From: Octopus vulgaris
Lineage: Eukaryota
DNA length: 64,000 nt
Assembly: GCA_951406725.2 (NCBI GenBank)
Contig: OX597822.1
Span: 79,794,001 to 79,858,000, forward strand
Reading direction: 5' to 3'
The notes below the pieces were generated by a model that made no database searches, was not told where the DNA came from, and saw nothing but the letters and a program-made list of their open reading frames with translations. The position numbers and the translations under genes were made by a program. This document shows positions 39,501-53,041 of the stretch, one piece after another (within the stretch, counting starts at the first letter, position 1; each line of letters starts with the position of its first letter).

Positions 39501-42181
39501 TGTATGTATGTATGTATGTATGTATGTATGTATGTATGTATGTATGTATTTCTGTATGTATGTATGTATGTATGTATGTATGTATGTATGTATGTATGTA
39601 TGTATGTATGTATGTATGTATGTATGCATGCATATATACAAATAGGGTGGTAGATATGTAGATAAATAGGCCGATGTGTATGTGTTTAGTTAGGCTTCCT
39701 CTGAAATGCACCTTGTGTGATTGTGTAAATTAATTTTAGCGAAGCGCGATATATTTCCGACACCAAATGATACATAAAAAAAATTTACGTTTTTCTAGTT
39801 TTGCTAAATCTTGAATGACAATCATGCATGTAAGTCAATGACTGCCAATATTAAAAATCAAATAAATCATATACATCAAAGTGTAACCAATCTCTCTTAC
39901 CCGGCTGAATCGTTAGTACATTTCTGAAGACGTCCTCTATGTAAAATGTAGGCGAATTATGCCTGGCTTATCTATATTCAGATTTTCTGTTTAGAATGTC
40001 GTAGGTGCAAGTATAAATCGGAATGAAATGTATATGTAGTTTGGAAAATCGGCTGAAAACAAGCTTATAGCCATTCTACACGGTTTATAGCTTGAACGTG
40101 CATGTTTTTGCTCATTATATAACACACATACACATACACACACACACAAACTCACAAAGACGTGTGTTCGTGTGTGTTAGGTAATGAAGAAAAAAGAAGA
40201 TAAAACGAGAGGGAAACCTTTAACAAAGATGTAATGAATTTAACGCTTAAAAGGAAGGGAAATGTCTTTTGCGTTTTGGATGCAAGTCGTTCATTAGGAA
40301 AAAGCGACAGAAAAGGAAAATGGGACGAGTGGATGAGGAGGAGGAAAGGTGACGGGATAGAAAGAAACGAAGGAAAAATGAGTATATATATATATATATA
40401 TCTATATATATATGTATATAAAACAGAACACAAAGGATGTCACGGTACACGTGTTTCAAGCTTTATAAACGACCTATTCTTACATCAGTGTATAATAGAC
40501 ATAAAGGGTGGTTTAAAGCTCTCTTCAGCCGCATGCAATTGTTATTCCAAAGAGTTACATCACACTATGAAAAATCCGAAAGGTACATTTAGTATTATCC
40601 ATAATGATAGGTATATCATGTCTCCCTGAGAAAGTGTATTTGTAAAATTTCATAACTAAATAGGCGTGTAGGGTATCATTGGATTTCGAAAATCTGTCCA
40701 TACTGTATCACCAGTCAACATAGAGTGAATGTTAAATAGATTGAATTCAATCTATACCTGTAGCCAGCATGCATCAAATAGTCAACATATTTTTCATATA
40801 AAATTAGTGTACATTTGTACACAAAAGAGGTGACCCTAACATTACATGCTAAAAGAAGCACTTTCAGACATTAATGAACAAATAAAATAATTTGCTATTC
40901 GTGTTCTTCATCAGCAAGGGCGCAATAATTAAAGTATAATTATGAGACAAATAGACATAACATTTCTCAATTTTATACATTATAATCTTTCAAATCCACT
41001 GCGCAAGCGCAGTTATAGTCTGCAGCATTTAAAGGCATATTTACCGACTTTCTTCAAAATTATTAAACTCATATTAAGAAAATATATATAGGGTAGAAAA
41101 ATTAGAGAAGTTTTCTACTAGTGGCCAGTATCCATAAAATAGTCAATAAACAACATATTTTTCATATTAAAAAATATACACATATAATTTACCTTGTTTG
41201 TAAGTTTAGATGTACGACTGCTACAGGTAAATTTAGAGTTTCATTATCCATTCTACTTCCTTTATAGCTAAGTGGCCACTACTGTACTTAATAGTATTAC
41301 AGGTCAAATGTATTAGAAATTGTGATAAGCACAAATATATATCATTGATCCCGTACGTACGTTTCACTATTGTGGCAGATAGATCGATATACATATACAG
41401 AGAATGACATGACTCACTGAATTGTCACATCATCACTTCAAGATGTCATCCTCACGTGATATGTCTAGACGTATCCCATCAGGAAGTGATCTATCATGAC
41501 ATAATCTGTATTCAGTCTCTGCAAGCTAAGAAAGTATTACTTAGTTACAACACTATTGTTACTTACTGCCGTGAACAACACATATTGTGTTGAACGTTTT
41601 TGCAATGTGTTAGATTTGTCTTTAACCGAAAACTATAAAGGCTGATATACACCTAGAGCTGTGTCGTTGAGCTTCGGACTTTACAAGCGCTACTGACCAA
41701 CCTTGGGTCACTCCAAAAGCTAATGGCGTCAGTTATCCGATTTCTATGACTTACAAGTGACCAATATCACATTTCCCGTGAACAGGACACCAGTCCGTTG
41801 CAGGGTTCTCCGTTTACTTCTGAGTGAATTGGAGCAACGCGAAATGAAATGTTTTGCCCCAGAACACAACGCATCACCTGAAATCGAAACTGGGATATTG
41901 CGACTATGAGTGCAACGACCTGACTGACAGGTTATGCGCATTCACATCTTGAAAATTTAACATATTTTTCATATACACAGTATAGGTTGTCCCAATCATG
42001 ACCATCATAGCTCGTTTTATTCATATATAGATATAGCCTTTCTAGCATACCCAATGTTTTAATACAATAGGCTATGATTTCATGATTTGGCTACATCTGG
42101 CTTTTGCTGTACATTTGCTGTATGTGCATATATACTTTTTGTCGTTTATATTTTAAAAAAATTTTACTTATTTTTTTAAAG

Positions 42182-42337
42182 ATTTCTGGATGACAAAGAG
42201 TTCTCAGAATATTATTGGGTCGGTGATGTGTTGCCCAGGGTGTTTCAGTCTATATAGAATCACTGCGCTCTATAATTTATTGGAGGAATATTCTGGATCA
42301 ACTATAGAATCGATGGATGTATTTATCAAAGACACAG
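42182..42337 (+). CDS. CHS: Chitin synthase exon 8 (DFWMTKSSQNIIGSVMCCPGCFSLYR...KDT)
   Basis: Phase 1-1 exon with donor G|gtacgg. CxPGCFSLYR motif. Confidence 0.95.
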
Positions 42338-42959
42338 GTACGGCGCCTATTATTTCGTTATTTCATTCTGCGTATATTAGTTGGTTCGCTCGTTTATTAT
42401 TTAATATATTTCCGCTCTGAGTGAGATGGCGTAAATTTCGGCTTGCATGCTTCTGGTCAACTTCGCTTCCGGGGTCGATAAAATTTAGTTCAAGGTTCGA
42501 AAATTCCCTAGCCTTGTGCCTAAGAAGGAAAACCTCTTCCCCCTCAATTCACAGCCGGTCTGGAACGCGAAACTGTGACCTCGTGATGGTAAATGCAATA
42601 CCCTAACCGTTAGGCCACGAGATTTCGTGCGCCATCCGTCTCTTGGCATAATCTCTTGGATTGTGAACTGGTATTGGAAGAAAGGGCTGGTCTACAGACA
42701 AAGTTGATATTGTCAGTAGGGCACTAACATATATTTGTAGCAGTTTGGTAGATTGAACTGATGGGACCGCACCACCAATTCTTTTACGGAAACCGAGCAA
42801 GGATCGGTCTATCATCTTCATTCTTTTCTCTCTTTCTCTCAGTCGCTTCTCTTCTCTCACTCTCTCTCTTTCACCATCTCTCCCTCTCTCTCTCGCTCCA
42901 CAAATCTCTTTTTCTCTGGGCATTTCCATCTATGTATCTGTTTATACAACAACCCTTAC

Positions 42960-43023
42960 ATCCATCCATCCATCCATCCATCCATCCATCCATCCATCCA
43001 TCCATTTAAACAACTATAAACAA

Positions 43024-43085
<62 letters not shown>

Positions 43086-43093
43086 GTCCGTCC

Positions 43094-43127
<34 letters not shown>

Positions 43128-43158
43128 ATGTATGTATGTATGTATGTATGTCTGTCTG

Positions 43159-43244
<86 letters not shown>

Positions 43245-43430
43245 GGTCTCTCTCTCTGGGTCACTGACTGACTGACTGACTGACTCACTCACTCACTCAC
43301 TGACTCACTCACTGACTCACTGACTCACTCACTGACTCACTGACTCACTCACTGACTCACTCACTGACTCACTGACTCACTGACTGACTCACTCACTCAT
43401 TCACTCACGCTCTCTCTCTCTCTCTCTCTG
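42960..43430. repeat. Compound tetranucleotide microsatellite (ATCC, ATCT, GTCT, ATGT, ACTG/ACTC)
   Basis: Directly visible; one of dozens of (TA), (CA), (TATG), (ATT) and (CAT) tracts in the window. Confidence 0.95.
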
Positions 43431-43751
43431 AGCATTCCATCAAACTGTCCCTTATCAGTGAACCTCTTGCATTTAGATACGTTTGTTCTAAACTTCCTCA
43501 CTTATTTTCTGGCTTTCAGTCTGAAACCCTCGTTTCATCCGTTCTGAGTTTCTCCTCATAAGTCTCAAGTTACTCTGCCGGTTAAATAAATGGGAATGTG
43601 TATCATATATGATGAATGGACGCCAGGGAGATGTGCCCTGCATCACATGCCATACACAGGACAAACAAAGGCTAATAGTTTTCTCGAAATCTGTTTATTT
43701 TTCTTATGTCTTTTTCATATTTTTGTACTTTATGTCTCTTTACTTTTTAAG

Positions 43752-44012
43752 GCGAGGATCGATGGATGTGTACTCTTATGATGATGAGAGGCTGGAAATT
43801 AAAATTTTGTACGTTCGCTGTGAACACGACTTACTGTCCATGTAAATTGGAGGAGTTCTTGAAACAACGACGACGCTGGATGTTATCGGATATGGCCAAT
43901 ACATTCCTAGTAATGCAGCAACTTCCTCGACTAGTGCGATACAATGCTTGCTTTACGGTCTTGTACATCATCTACCTTATTCAGTTGTTCACCATGGTTG
44001 TCCTTTCTCCAG
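43752..44012 (+). CDS. CHS: Chitin synthase exon 9 (GEDRWMCTL...KQRRRWMLSD...VVLSP)
   Basis: Acceptor tttttaAG and donor G|gtaaat. Carries the catalytic GEDR and processivity QRRRW signatures. Confidence 0.97.
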
Positions 44013-44243
44013 GTAAATATATCTTCTTTTATTGCTTCTGTCTTCGGACTGCGGCCATGCAGAGCCATCACATCGAAGGGTTTTAGTTGAACAAATCAGC
44101 ACCAGTACATATTTTTTTTAAGTCTTCTACTTATACTATCCGCCTATTCGTTGCCTAAAGGCTTGGCTATGGGGTCGAAAACAAGCCAATATTGGTTGTC
44201 TAGATTTGGGGCCACAAACATAAACACAAAGATACACACATAT

Positions 44244-44348
<105 letters not shown>

Positions 44349-45133
44349 TGTGTGTCTGTGTGTACAAAGAGAGAAAGGGGGAGAGAGAGGTAAATAAATA
44401 ATATATACACGTCGGGCTTCCACACAGTTTCCGCCTACCAAATCCACTACCAAGGTATTGGTCGGCTTGGGGTTTTAAAAGTCACTTGTCCAATGTACCT
44501 CGCAAGAATATCGGAACCGAAACCATGTGGATACAAAGTCAGCATCTTGAGCAAAGGCCATACATGCAGACAGGCAGGCGCTCGAGTAGGCGGGCTGGTG
44601 CACAGGCGGGCCAATGGATGGATAGATGGATGTCGCTGATATATCAACACTAATATCAACAACACTATGTGGTGTTGATATGTAACCAACAGTCACCCAA
44701 TCAGCAGTAAGCATCCTGAACTTCCTCCAGTCGGTCGCCTGAGCCTGACAAGGTAGGTTCGTTTGATGAGCCTGCTAAACCTTAAGTTACTTGGAACGGA
44801 ACCAAACTGTTAAATAATACAGAGGTTGTCCCAGAATTAGGTCTCTATTGCAATATATAAATTAATTCTGAAATAGATAGTGAATTCTAGGGTACCCTGT
44901 ATATGTCCATACCTACACATGCGCGGGCGCATGTACGTGGGCGTGCGGGTGCGCATGTATAGGTATGGACATGCTCGCTTACGCGAATACTATGAATATT
45001 TTTACCCCCTTACCATTACTCCCTACACTCACTTAGCGGTTATTCAAATAGCTCTTTAGTCTTAATAACGGTCAATCATACAGTAATTTCCCTTTGTTTA
45101 ATGGTCATTTTCATAGCATTTTTTCGATGGCCG

Positions 45134-45194
45134 GATAACTGAAGAGATGGCGGCGTGGGTTTCCGCCCCGACATCCGAAACTCAGAGTTCTATC
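45134..45194 (+). ncRNA. Type I hammerhead-like motif, slightly degenerate
   Basis: GATAA CTGAAGA GATG-GCGG...CCGCC..CATC C GAAAC TCAGA GTT CTATC. Confidence 0.55.
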
Positions 45195-45565
45195 ATGGGT
45201 ACCGAATAATTGTTACATATTATATTTACAGATAAATTTCTCTATTTACATAATATCGAGGTCTCATTCACTGTTTTGTTGTCATACCATTTCTATCAAT
45301 ATATATATATAAACATATATGTGTGTGTGTGTGTGTGTGCGTGTGGGTGTATGTGTGTATATGTGTGTGTGTGTATATATATATATATGTCCTTACCTTC
45401 GAAACACACTTTGAATCGAACCAGGGACAGCTGATGAAGGGGAATTTTCCTTGTATTGTTTGTCCTGTACTCTATTTTTCCGTTGTTTAAAAAAAGTCCG
45501 TTTCCTTGTTTGATTTTATGTTCTCGTCTCTCGTTGTGTTCTACGTTTATTTGTGGTGTCCTGTA

Positions 45566-45599
<34 letters not shown>

Positions 45600-45659
45600 T
45601 GTATATATACATGTAGATGTAAGTATGTACATATATGTATGTATATATGCATATTTTTT

Positions 45660-46031
45660 TTTACTTGTTTCAGTCATTTGACTGCGGCCATGTTGGAGCA
45701 CCGCCTTTAATCGAGCAATTCATTGTAAGCTCAGTACTTATTCTATCGGGCTCTTTTGCCGAACCGCTAAGTGACGGGGACATAAACACACCAGCATCGG
45801 TTGTCAAGCAATGCTAGGGGACAAACACAAACATACACGCACACACACATATATATATACATATATACGACGGGCTTCTTTCAGTTTCCATCTACCAAAT
45901 CCACTCACAAGGCTTTGGTCAGCCCGAGGCTATAGTAGAAGACACTGGCCCAAGGTGCCACGCAGTGGGACTGAACCCGGAACCATGTGGTTGGTAAACA
46001 AGCTACTTACCACACAGCCACTCCTGCGCCT
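45660..46031 (-). mobile_element. tRNA-derived CORE-like SINE, full length
   Basis: Reverse-complement match to 10231-10668, including head GGCGCAGGAGTGGCTGTGTGGTAAG. Confidence 0.88.
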
Positions 46032-46282
46032 ACATATATTTTATTTTTTTATTATATTACTATATGACCGAACATACGCGTTATTTCTCTTCTCCAAGTT
46101 TATATATATATATAGCTACTGTATATGCATATTTCGATTTTTATGTTAAGAACATGCATAGACTGAACGTGTGATAATACTTGCTTCAATCGAATTTTCT
46201 TTTGATTTGATACAAGCATGAAGACCGGACTTGCACATTTTGTCTTTAATATATAACGATTTATGGAAGTTGTGTATCATGT

Positions 46283-46320
<38 letters not shown>

Positions 46321-46504
46321 ATTCTCTCCCTCACCTCCGCTTGCATACATTCTTATTTATAATGACAGAGAGCCGACAACTGATGAAGGGTCGTTCTTTA
46401 TGTTACTTGTCCCGTTTTCCAATTGTTTCTCTCGCTGTTTGCGTATTGAACTCATTTGTTTTCGTGTTTCATGTTGTTTACTGTTGGTGACGCCCTGTAC
46501 CCAT

Positions 46505-47332
46505 ATATGCATGTTTGGCTGCGGTGATGCTGGAGCACCGTTTTTAGTCGAGCAAATCGACTCCAGAGCTTATTCTTTGGAAGCCTAGTAATTATTCTAG
46601 CGGTCTCTTTTGCTGAACCGCTAATTTACGGGGACGTAAGCACCCCCAAACGGTTGTCAAGCGATGTTGGGTGGGGGACAAACACAGACATACAAACCTA
46701 TAAACACACAGACATAACCATATATATACACATATACGATGGGCTTCTTCTAATTTCCGTCTACCAAATCCACTGACACGGCTTTGGTCGGCCCGAAGCT
46801 ATAGTAGAAGATACTTGCCCAAGGTACCACGCAGTGGGACTGAACCTAGGACCATGTGGTTGGTAAGCAAGCTACTTATCACACAGCCACTCTTGTGCCT
46901 ATATACCACACAGCCACGCCTGCGCCTACTTACCACACAGTCACTCCTGCACCTACTTACCACACAGCCACTCCTGCGCCTACTTACCACACAGCCACTC
47001 CTGAGCCTACTTACTACACAGCCGCTCCTGCTCATACTTATCACACAGCCACTCCTGCGCCTACTTAACACACAGCCACTCCTGCGCCTACTTAACACAC
47101 AGCCACTCCTGCGCCTACTTACCACACAGCCACTCCTACGCATACTTACCACACAGCCAATCCTGCGCCTACTTATCACACAGCCACTCCTGCGCCTACT
47201 TACCACATAGCCACTCCTACGCATACTTACCACATAGCCACTCCTGCGTCTACTTACCACACAGCCAATCCTGCGCCTACTTATCACACAGCCACTCCTG
47301 CGCCTACTTACCACACAGCCGCTCCTGCATCT
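46505..47332 (-). mobile_element. CORE-like SINE whose first 27 nt are tandemly amplified about 17 times (46872-47332)
   Basis: The unit CTACTTACCACACAGCCACTCCTGCGC is the reverse complement of the SINE 5' end containing the A box. Confidence 0.9.
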
Positions 47333-49160
47333 AAGCTTATAAAAATACCATTATTATTATTATTATTTACAGGATTTTAAAACTCGACACCGCTTAACAA
47401 AACCATTTGCACCGAAAAATACATATATAAATATCATAGTACATTCGATCTGGTACATGGAGTTTCATCAGAGTGAATACAAATGCATAAAATAAAATAG
47501 AATAAACGAAGGGAAGAGGGAAGAGGGAAGAAGAAAGAACAGGGCCTCGAGATGATAGCAGAAAGCTTAGTATATCAGAATCATACCATCTTGCTCCGTG
47601 GAGCTTGAATTCGTTAGGTAAAAGAGTGAAGTAGCAGTGATGTAGGGAAATATTTATGGGCTATCTCTTTATAAAGGGGAAACCAGGTCTGTAAATAGTA
47701 GTGAAATAAAACTAGTACTAAAATAAAAAGGGGAATTCCCAACATGTTTAGAAAAAGAATAGTACTTATGATTTCGTAAATAGGGCTAATTAATATCTAT
47801 CCAAAAACAAAACCGTAGAGTTCTTATAATAGTGTACTTACTGAAATATTCTAGAGACCACCACCTGTTGTCCGTAATAGAATTAACCAAAGTCCATTCA
47901 TCTCTCAACTGGTCAGTTATATTTAAACCAAGGGCAAAGTTAAGACCCTTACAGGGGTAGACGTAAATAAGGAAGAAAACGAACCAGTAAATAAAGGGTG
48001 TGGGGGAGAAGACTGCGACATAAGTGACACGAGGCTGCTTATGCCCTTCTACAACATCTCAACATAACATAAATAAAAATAAAAAGATAAATACTATCAG
48101 CCAAAACGACAGAAATTTTTTTTACAGTTAAGGAGAGACAGCTTATAGGAGAGGTGCATACAAGTAGAAGTTACAAAATATAATGCTGAATCTGACATTC
48201 TAAGTTGCCAGCAAAATTCCAAGTAGTGGTAATATGAGACGAACAAGTAAATGTCTACACGTTCCTAAGTATATTCTACCTCATACGCATACGAGAGGGC
48301 AAAAGTACAAAACCCACAAACATATAAGCGATTAAAAATTAAATCACTTGCGAATTACTACCATGGTTACAAACTCCAGGTCCCACCACAGTTTACTAAA
48401 TCTTACTTAGATAATGTTATACATTATAACATGTATTATGTTATAATAAAAATTAGATTATTCATATCAATAAACTTATTAATTATATTAACCCTTACTT
48501 GGTGTAGCTATAGTGAGTCTACCACTGAATTACGCTTTCATTCAAACACAATAAGCCTAAGTGTACAAATATCTCATGGTATGTCATCTACTGCAGTGCC
48601 CAAATACAGACCTATACAATCTAGAGTGGGGAAAGGTAACATTAAATTCTTAAATTTGGGGAGAAAACGATAAGGGAAGAAAACATTGTGTTCTCGCCCT
48701 ATCGTTTTCTCTCTCATCCTTTCTCTAATTTCTTTTCTCCCCGTCACTGTTTTCTATCTCTCTCCCCCTCCCCCAATTTCTCCTTTACTCTCTATCTCAT
48801 TGCTCACACGTAACCATCGTCCATCTTTCTTTTCTTGTAGGGTTGTCTTAAAGACTGGACGCATCCTATCTCTCCTATCTTTTACTTTGTCACAAAAATT
48901 ATTTCTCCAGCGTTCGCTATTTTACTCTCGTTCTGGTCTAACGGCCCTCCATTTTTGTTTTCGCTCGGTTTCCTTATATGCCTCCGCTGTCTCGTTCCCA
49001 ACTTTGGCCCTCCGTAATTCCCAAATTTTATTTTGGTACTTATGGGAGCAACTGTCTTCGAAGACTCATATTGTCGTTCAGTGCTCGAAATGAGGAGTAG
49101 ATAGACAACCGACAACTGATGAAAGGTTGTTCTTTATGTTACTTGTTCTGTACCCATATA

Positions 49161-49231
<71 letters not shown>

Positions 49232-49877
49232 CTGAAATGCGACAAGTTTGTCTGGTTTTGGCATTGGAACGGGTTAAGTGGCACTAAATGCGCTCGGATT
49301 CGATCCAAGGTTTACAGGGACATGTATGTAACAAGAGGCGAGGATGTGAGTGGGCTAGGTTAGAAATCCCTATATCAAAAGCTGTGGTTACTAGGGCAAA
49401 ACCCCCCACACCTTGACAAGTCTTTGTCGTTTCTCTCTTTCTCATATATGCCTGTTTTCCTCCGTCTCTCTCTCTCTTTCCTCCCTTACCTCCACATTCT
49501 CTCTATAAAGACTTTTGACAGCCTCCACTATCTTTCCACCGCCGCCTTCGCCAGCTCTGTCACTCTTGTCCCACATCCCCTCTTTCTCTCTCTCTGTACG
49601 TCTGTCTGCACTATCTTTCTATAACTTTCTCTCTATAACGACGTTTAGCAGCTTCGCCGTCTCTCTGTCACTCTTTCTCCCACCACCCCTCTCACTGTAT
49701 TTTTGTCTCTATCTATAGAGAGACAGAGTGACAGTAGCAACAGTTTAAATAATCCCGTCTTTTAGAACAGTGAACTATTATCGCCCACCACCATCGCACA
49801 ATCATAACATATATTATTAATCAGATATATTGTGTTAATGTATATATATATGTGTGTATATAAATATATACATAATG

Positions 49878-49910
<33 letters not shown>

Positions 49911-50023
49911 ATATATGAAGTGTATATATTTGTATATATGTGTGTAGATATATATATATATATATAAATATATATGTGTATAGACATGTATATAGAATGC
50001 GTATATATGTACATATTTAATGC

Positions 50024-50063
<40 letters not shown>

Positions 50064-50068
<5 letters not shown>

Positions 50069-51208
50069 CAATTGAGGATAAAATCTTTAAAAGAAATTAT
50101 CAGTAGTCAGCGTGAAAAACCTCGTAAGAGAAAAAATCCGTAAATTCTTCCTCTTTGAAAATATTCATTTATATTATATTGAGGGTACTACTATTCGTAG
50201 ATACCAACACGCTAAGAGGGACCAATGCGGTCAAAACTACTAAAAATAAACAAAATTTTACCGAATGCAAAACTTCAAAACACGTCATTTAAAAAAAAGA
50301 ATTCAGTTACATATCACATGTGATTTCGCATTTAATGCAGAATATGCATTTCATGTTCATCAGTGCAACAAACTCAAGAAATATAAGAGAAAACATAACA
50401 TTACAAGCTCGATAGCCAACCGTAGAATTCGTCGTAGCATGTACGAATGTTTATCTTTACATATCTATGAAAATGGCGGGCTTATTCGCAATGCATTTCG
50501 GTAATTAAATTGTCTAGTCGGAATAAAAATTCAGTATTGAACTATTCCGGTGAAAAATATAAATTAACAATTGAGGATAAAATCTTTAAAAGAAATTATC
50601 AGTAGTCAGCGTGAAAAACCTCGTAAGAGAAAAAATCCGTAAATTCTTCCTCTTTGAAAATATTCATTTATATTATATTGAGGGTACTACTATTCGTAGA
50701 TACCAACACGCTAAGAGGGACCAATGCGGTCAAAACTACTAAAAATAAACAAAATATTACCGAATGCAAAACTTCAAAACACATCATTTAAAAAAAATGA
50801 GATTTTATCCTCAATTGTTAATTTATATTTTTCACCGGAATAGTTCAATACTGAATTTTTATTCCGACTAGACAATTAATTACCGAAATGCATTGCGAAT
50901 AAGCCCGCCATTTTCATAGATATGTAAAGATAAACATTCGTACATGCTACGACGAATTCTACGGTTGGCTATCGAGCTTGTAATGTTATGTTTTCTCTTA
51001 TATTTCTTGAGTTTGTTGCACTGATGAACATGAAATGCATATTCTGCATTAAATGCGAAATCACATGTGATATGTAACTGAATTCTTTTTTAAAATGACG
51101 TGTTTTGAAGTTTTGCATTCGGTAAAATTTTGTTTATTTTTAGTAGTTTTGACCGCATTGGTCCCTCTTAGCGTGTTGGTATCTACGAATAGTAGTACCC
51201 TCAATATA

Positions 51209-51218
<10 letters not shown>
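50064..51218. mobile_element. Retrozyme-like element: 499-nt unit x ~1.5 in tandem plus inverted copy, hammerheads at 50306-50369 (-) and 51015-51078 (+)
   Basis: ATTAACAATTGAGGATAAAATC at 50064 and 50563; inverted copy from 50800; (TA)n on both flanks; no credible ORF. Confidence 0.8.
51015..51078 (+). ncRNA. Type I hammerhead ribozyme motif, canonical core
   Basis: GTTGCA CTGATGA ACAT...ATGC GAAA TCACATGTG ATA TGTAAC. Palindromic stem III ATCACATGTGAT; predicted cleavage after A51072. Confidence 0.78.
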
Positions 51219-51259
<41 letters not shown>

Positions 51260-51483
51260 TATGATGTGTGCATATGTGATCGGATTCAGCTGAAAATATG
51301 CACACCTATGTTAAAAGTGCTAGCGACTTTGCTCAATTGAAAGGCATCGCCTCTAGTGCAAAATTCCTCATCTTTTAAAATGTGGGCCGCGTAAACCCGA
51401 ATGAAATCGGGTTATAATGCCGAAACAAGTAAAACGATAATAAACTATTTTAATCCCGAGCAAGGCCCGGTATATCTGTCTAA

Positions 51484-51940
51484 TCTATAAAATGAAGAAG
51501 GTGGACGTTGATACAATTGGGCTGGAAGGGGATTAAAATTTACAGAAGGGATAACTTGAGGTGAGAAATTGATTGGGAGACGTTTTGGGGCGCTACAGTG
51601 GTTGCTTTGGTGTGAAAACTGGGATTTTATTGATTTTGGGGGACACTTGGGAGTCTAGATCGGACACCTTTTGCCCAATTTCAATCAAATTTTCAACATG
51701 GTAAAGTGGAAGCAGATTTGTGATTTAAACGCGGAAATCTCATTTTTTATAAATGGCAGAGAGATAGATAGAGAAAGATAAAGAGTAAGAGAAAGCGAGG
51801 GATAATCCGAGAGAAAGGAAGAGTAAGAGAGTGGGAAAATGAGAAAGGAGAGAGAAACAAAGAGGGAGAATGTGGCGATAAGAAACAGAAAGTAACAACC
51901 ACAACCTCACCCGCGCGTAGAGCGGGTCACCTTAAGCTAG
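51484..51940 (+). mobile_element. Non-autonomous Helitron
   Basis: A|TC start at 51484, subterminal hairpin ACCCGC-GCGTAGA-GCGGGT and CTAG|T end at 51940. A decayed Helitron-like end lies just upstream at 51455-51483. Confidence 0.7.
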
Positions 51941-52381
51941 TATATATATATTATTTGATTGAATGTCACGCATTCATTTGCAAGTAAGACAGTTTCTCGC
52001 GTTGGGAATACCGGCAGATTCTGGGATTCCGTGTGCAATGCGTGTTTTAACACTCAGTTTACTATTTGGTGATGCTGATGTTATTGTGGGATGCGTGCTT
52101 TGGCCTTGGGTTGTTGTGTTTGTCTGGATTGTGTGTCTAGTGCCAGGTAGGTGTGTAAAGATGATGCCAGTACGTGTGCAGAGCCTGTAGCGTAGGGTCA
52201 TAGATATTTTAGGTTTTTTGTTTCTTTTTAGATTTGTTAGTGTTTTTTAGGTTTTCTATACTACAGTAGGACTGAGGTGGCGATGTGGGTTATATATATA
52301 TATATATGTATATATAATTATACATATATATATATAATTATATATATGAATATACAAATATATAATTATACATACATACGA

Positions 52382-52469
<88 letters not shown>

Positions 52470-52471
52470 TT

Positions 52472-52549
<78 letters not shown>

Positions 52550-52810
52550 CCTGCGAACTAGAAGATAGACAGACAGATCTGACGCAGACTTCGAGTGAAG
52601 TGAGCATGTCTTTGATAAGGTCGTGAATAGCGACGAAGAGTTTCTGAAAGTCTTAGCTGCTTAATTGATTAACCAAATCAATCGATTAGTTAATTGGTTA
52701 AATGGTTAACCATTTGTCAATAAGAAAATAAATAAATGTATTTATTATTGGCACAATGCCCCTCCCGAAATGCAAGATATTCTAAATTTGTTTTTCTTTG
52801 TTCTTTGCAG

Positions 52811-53041
52811 GTTCCACCATAGTATTAATTGTTGCTGGATTAGACATTGTGTTCGGAACAACTTTTACGATGCCTTCAATCTTAGTCAGTGTTGTACTTT
52901 TAGCGTATTTGTCCGTCTGTATGTTTACTGACACAAAATTCCAACTCAAAGTCACCACTTTATTAATATTCATATTAGGTACTGCTGTTACATGTGTCTT
53001 CATAGGTGGTGTTGCCTATGTTATCATAGACTTTGCGAGAG
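52811..53041 (+). CDS. CHS: Chitin synthase exon 10 (TM helices, STIVLIVAGLDIVF...IIDFAR)
   Basis: Acceptor ttctttgcAG and donor G|gtaagt, phase 1-1. Completes the SPG-ST segment typical of CHS. Confidence 0.92.

Noticed and set aside
46872-47332. CRISPR-like appearance of the 27-bp array and its 171-aa Arg/Ser/Cys ORF
   Set aside because: There are no spacers or cas genes, the context is eukaryotic, and the unit is the SINE 5' end.
47370-47480. Minus-strand CTGATGA-AACTC...GAGTT hammerhead candidate
   Set aside because: No GAAA or stem III and no stem I partner; too degenerate to call.
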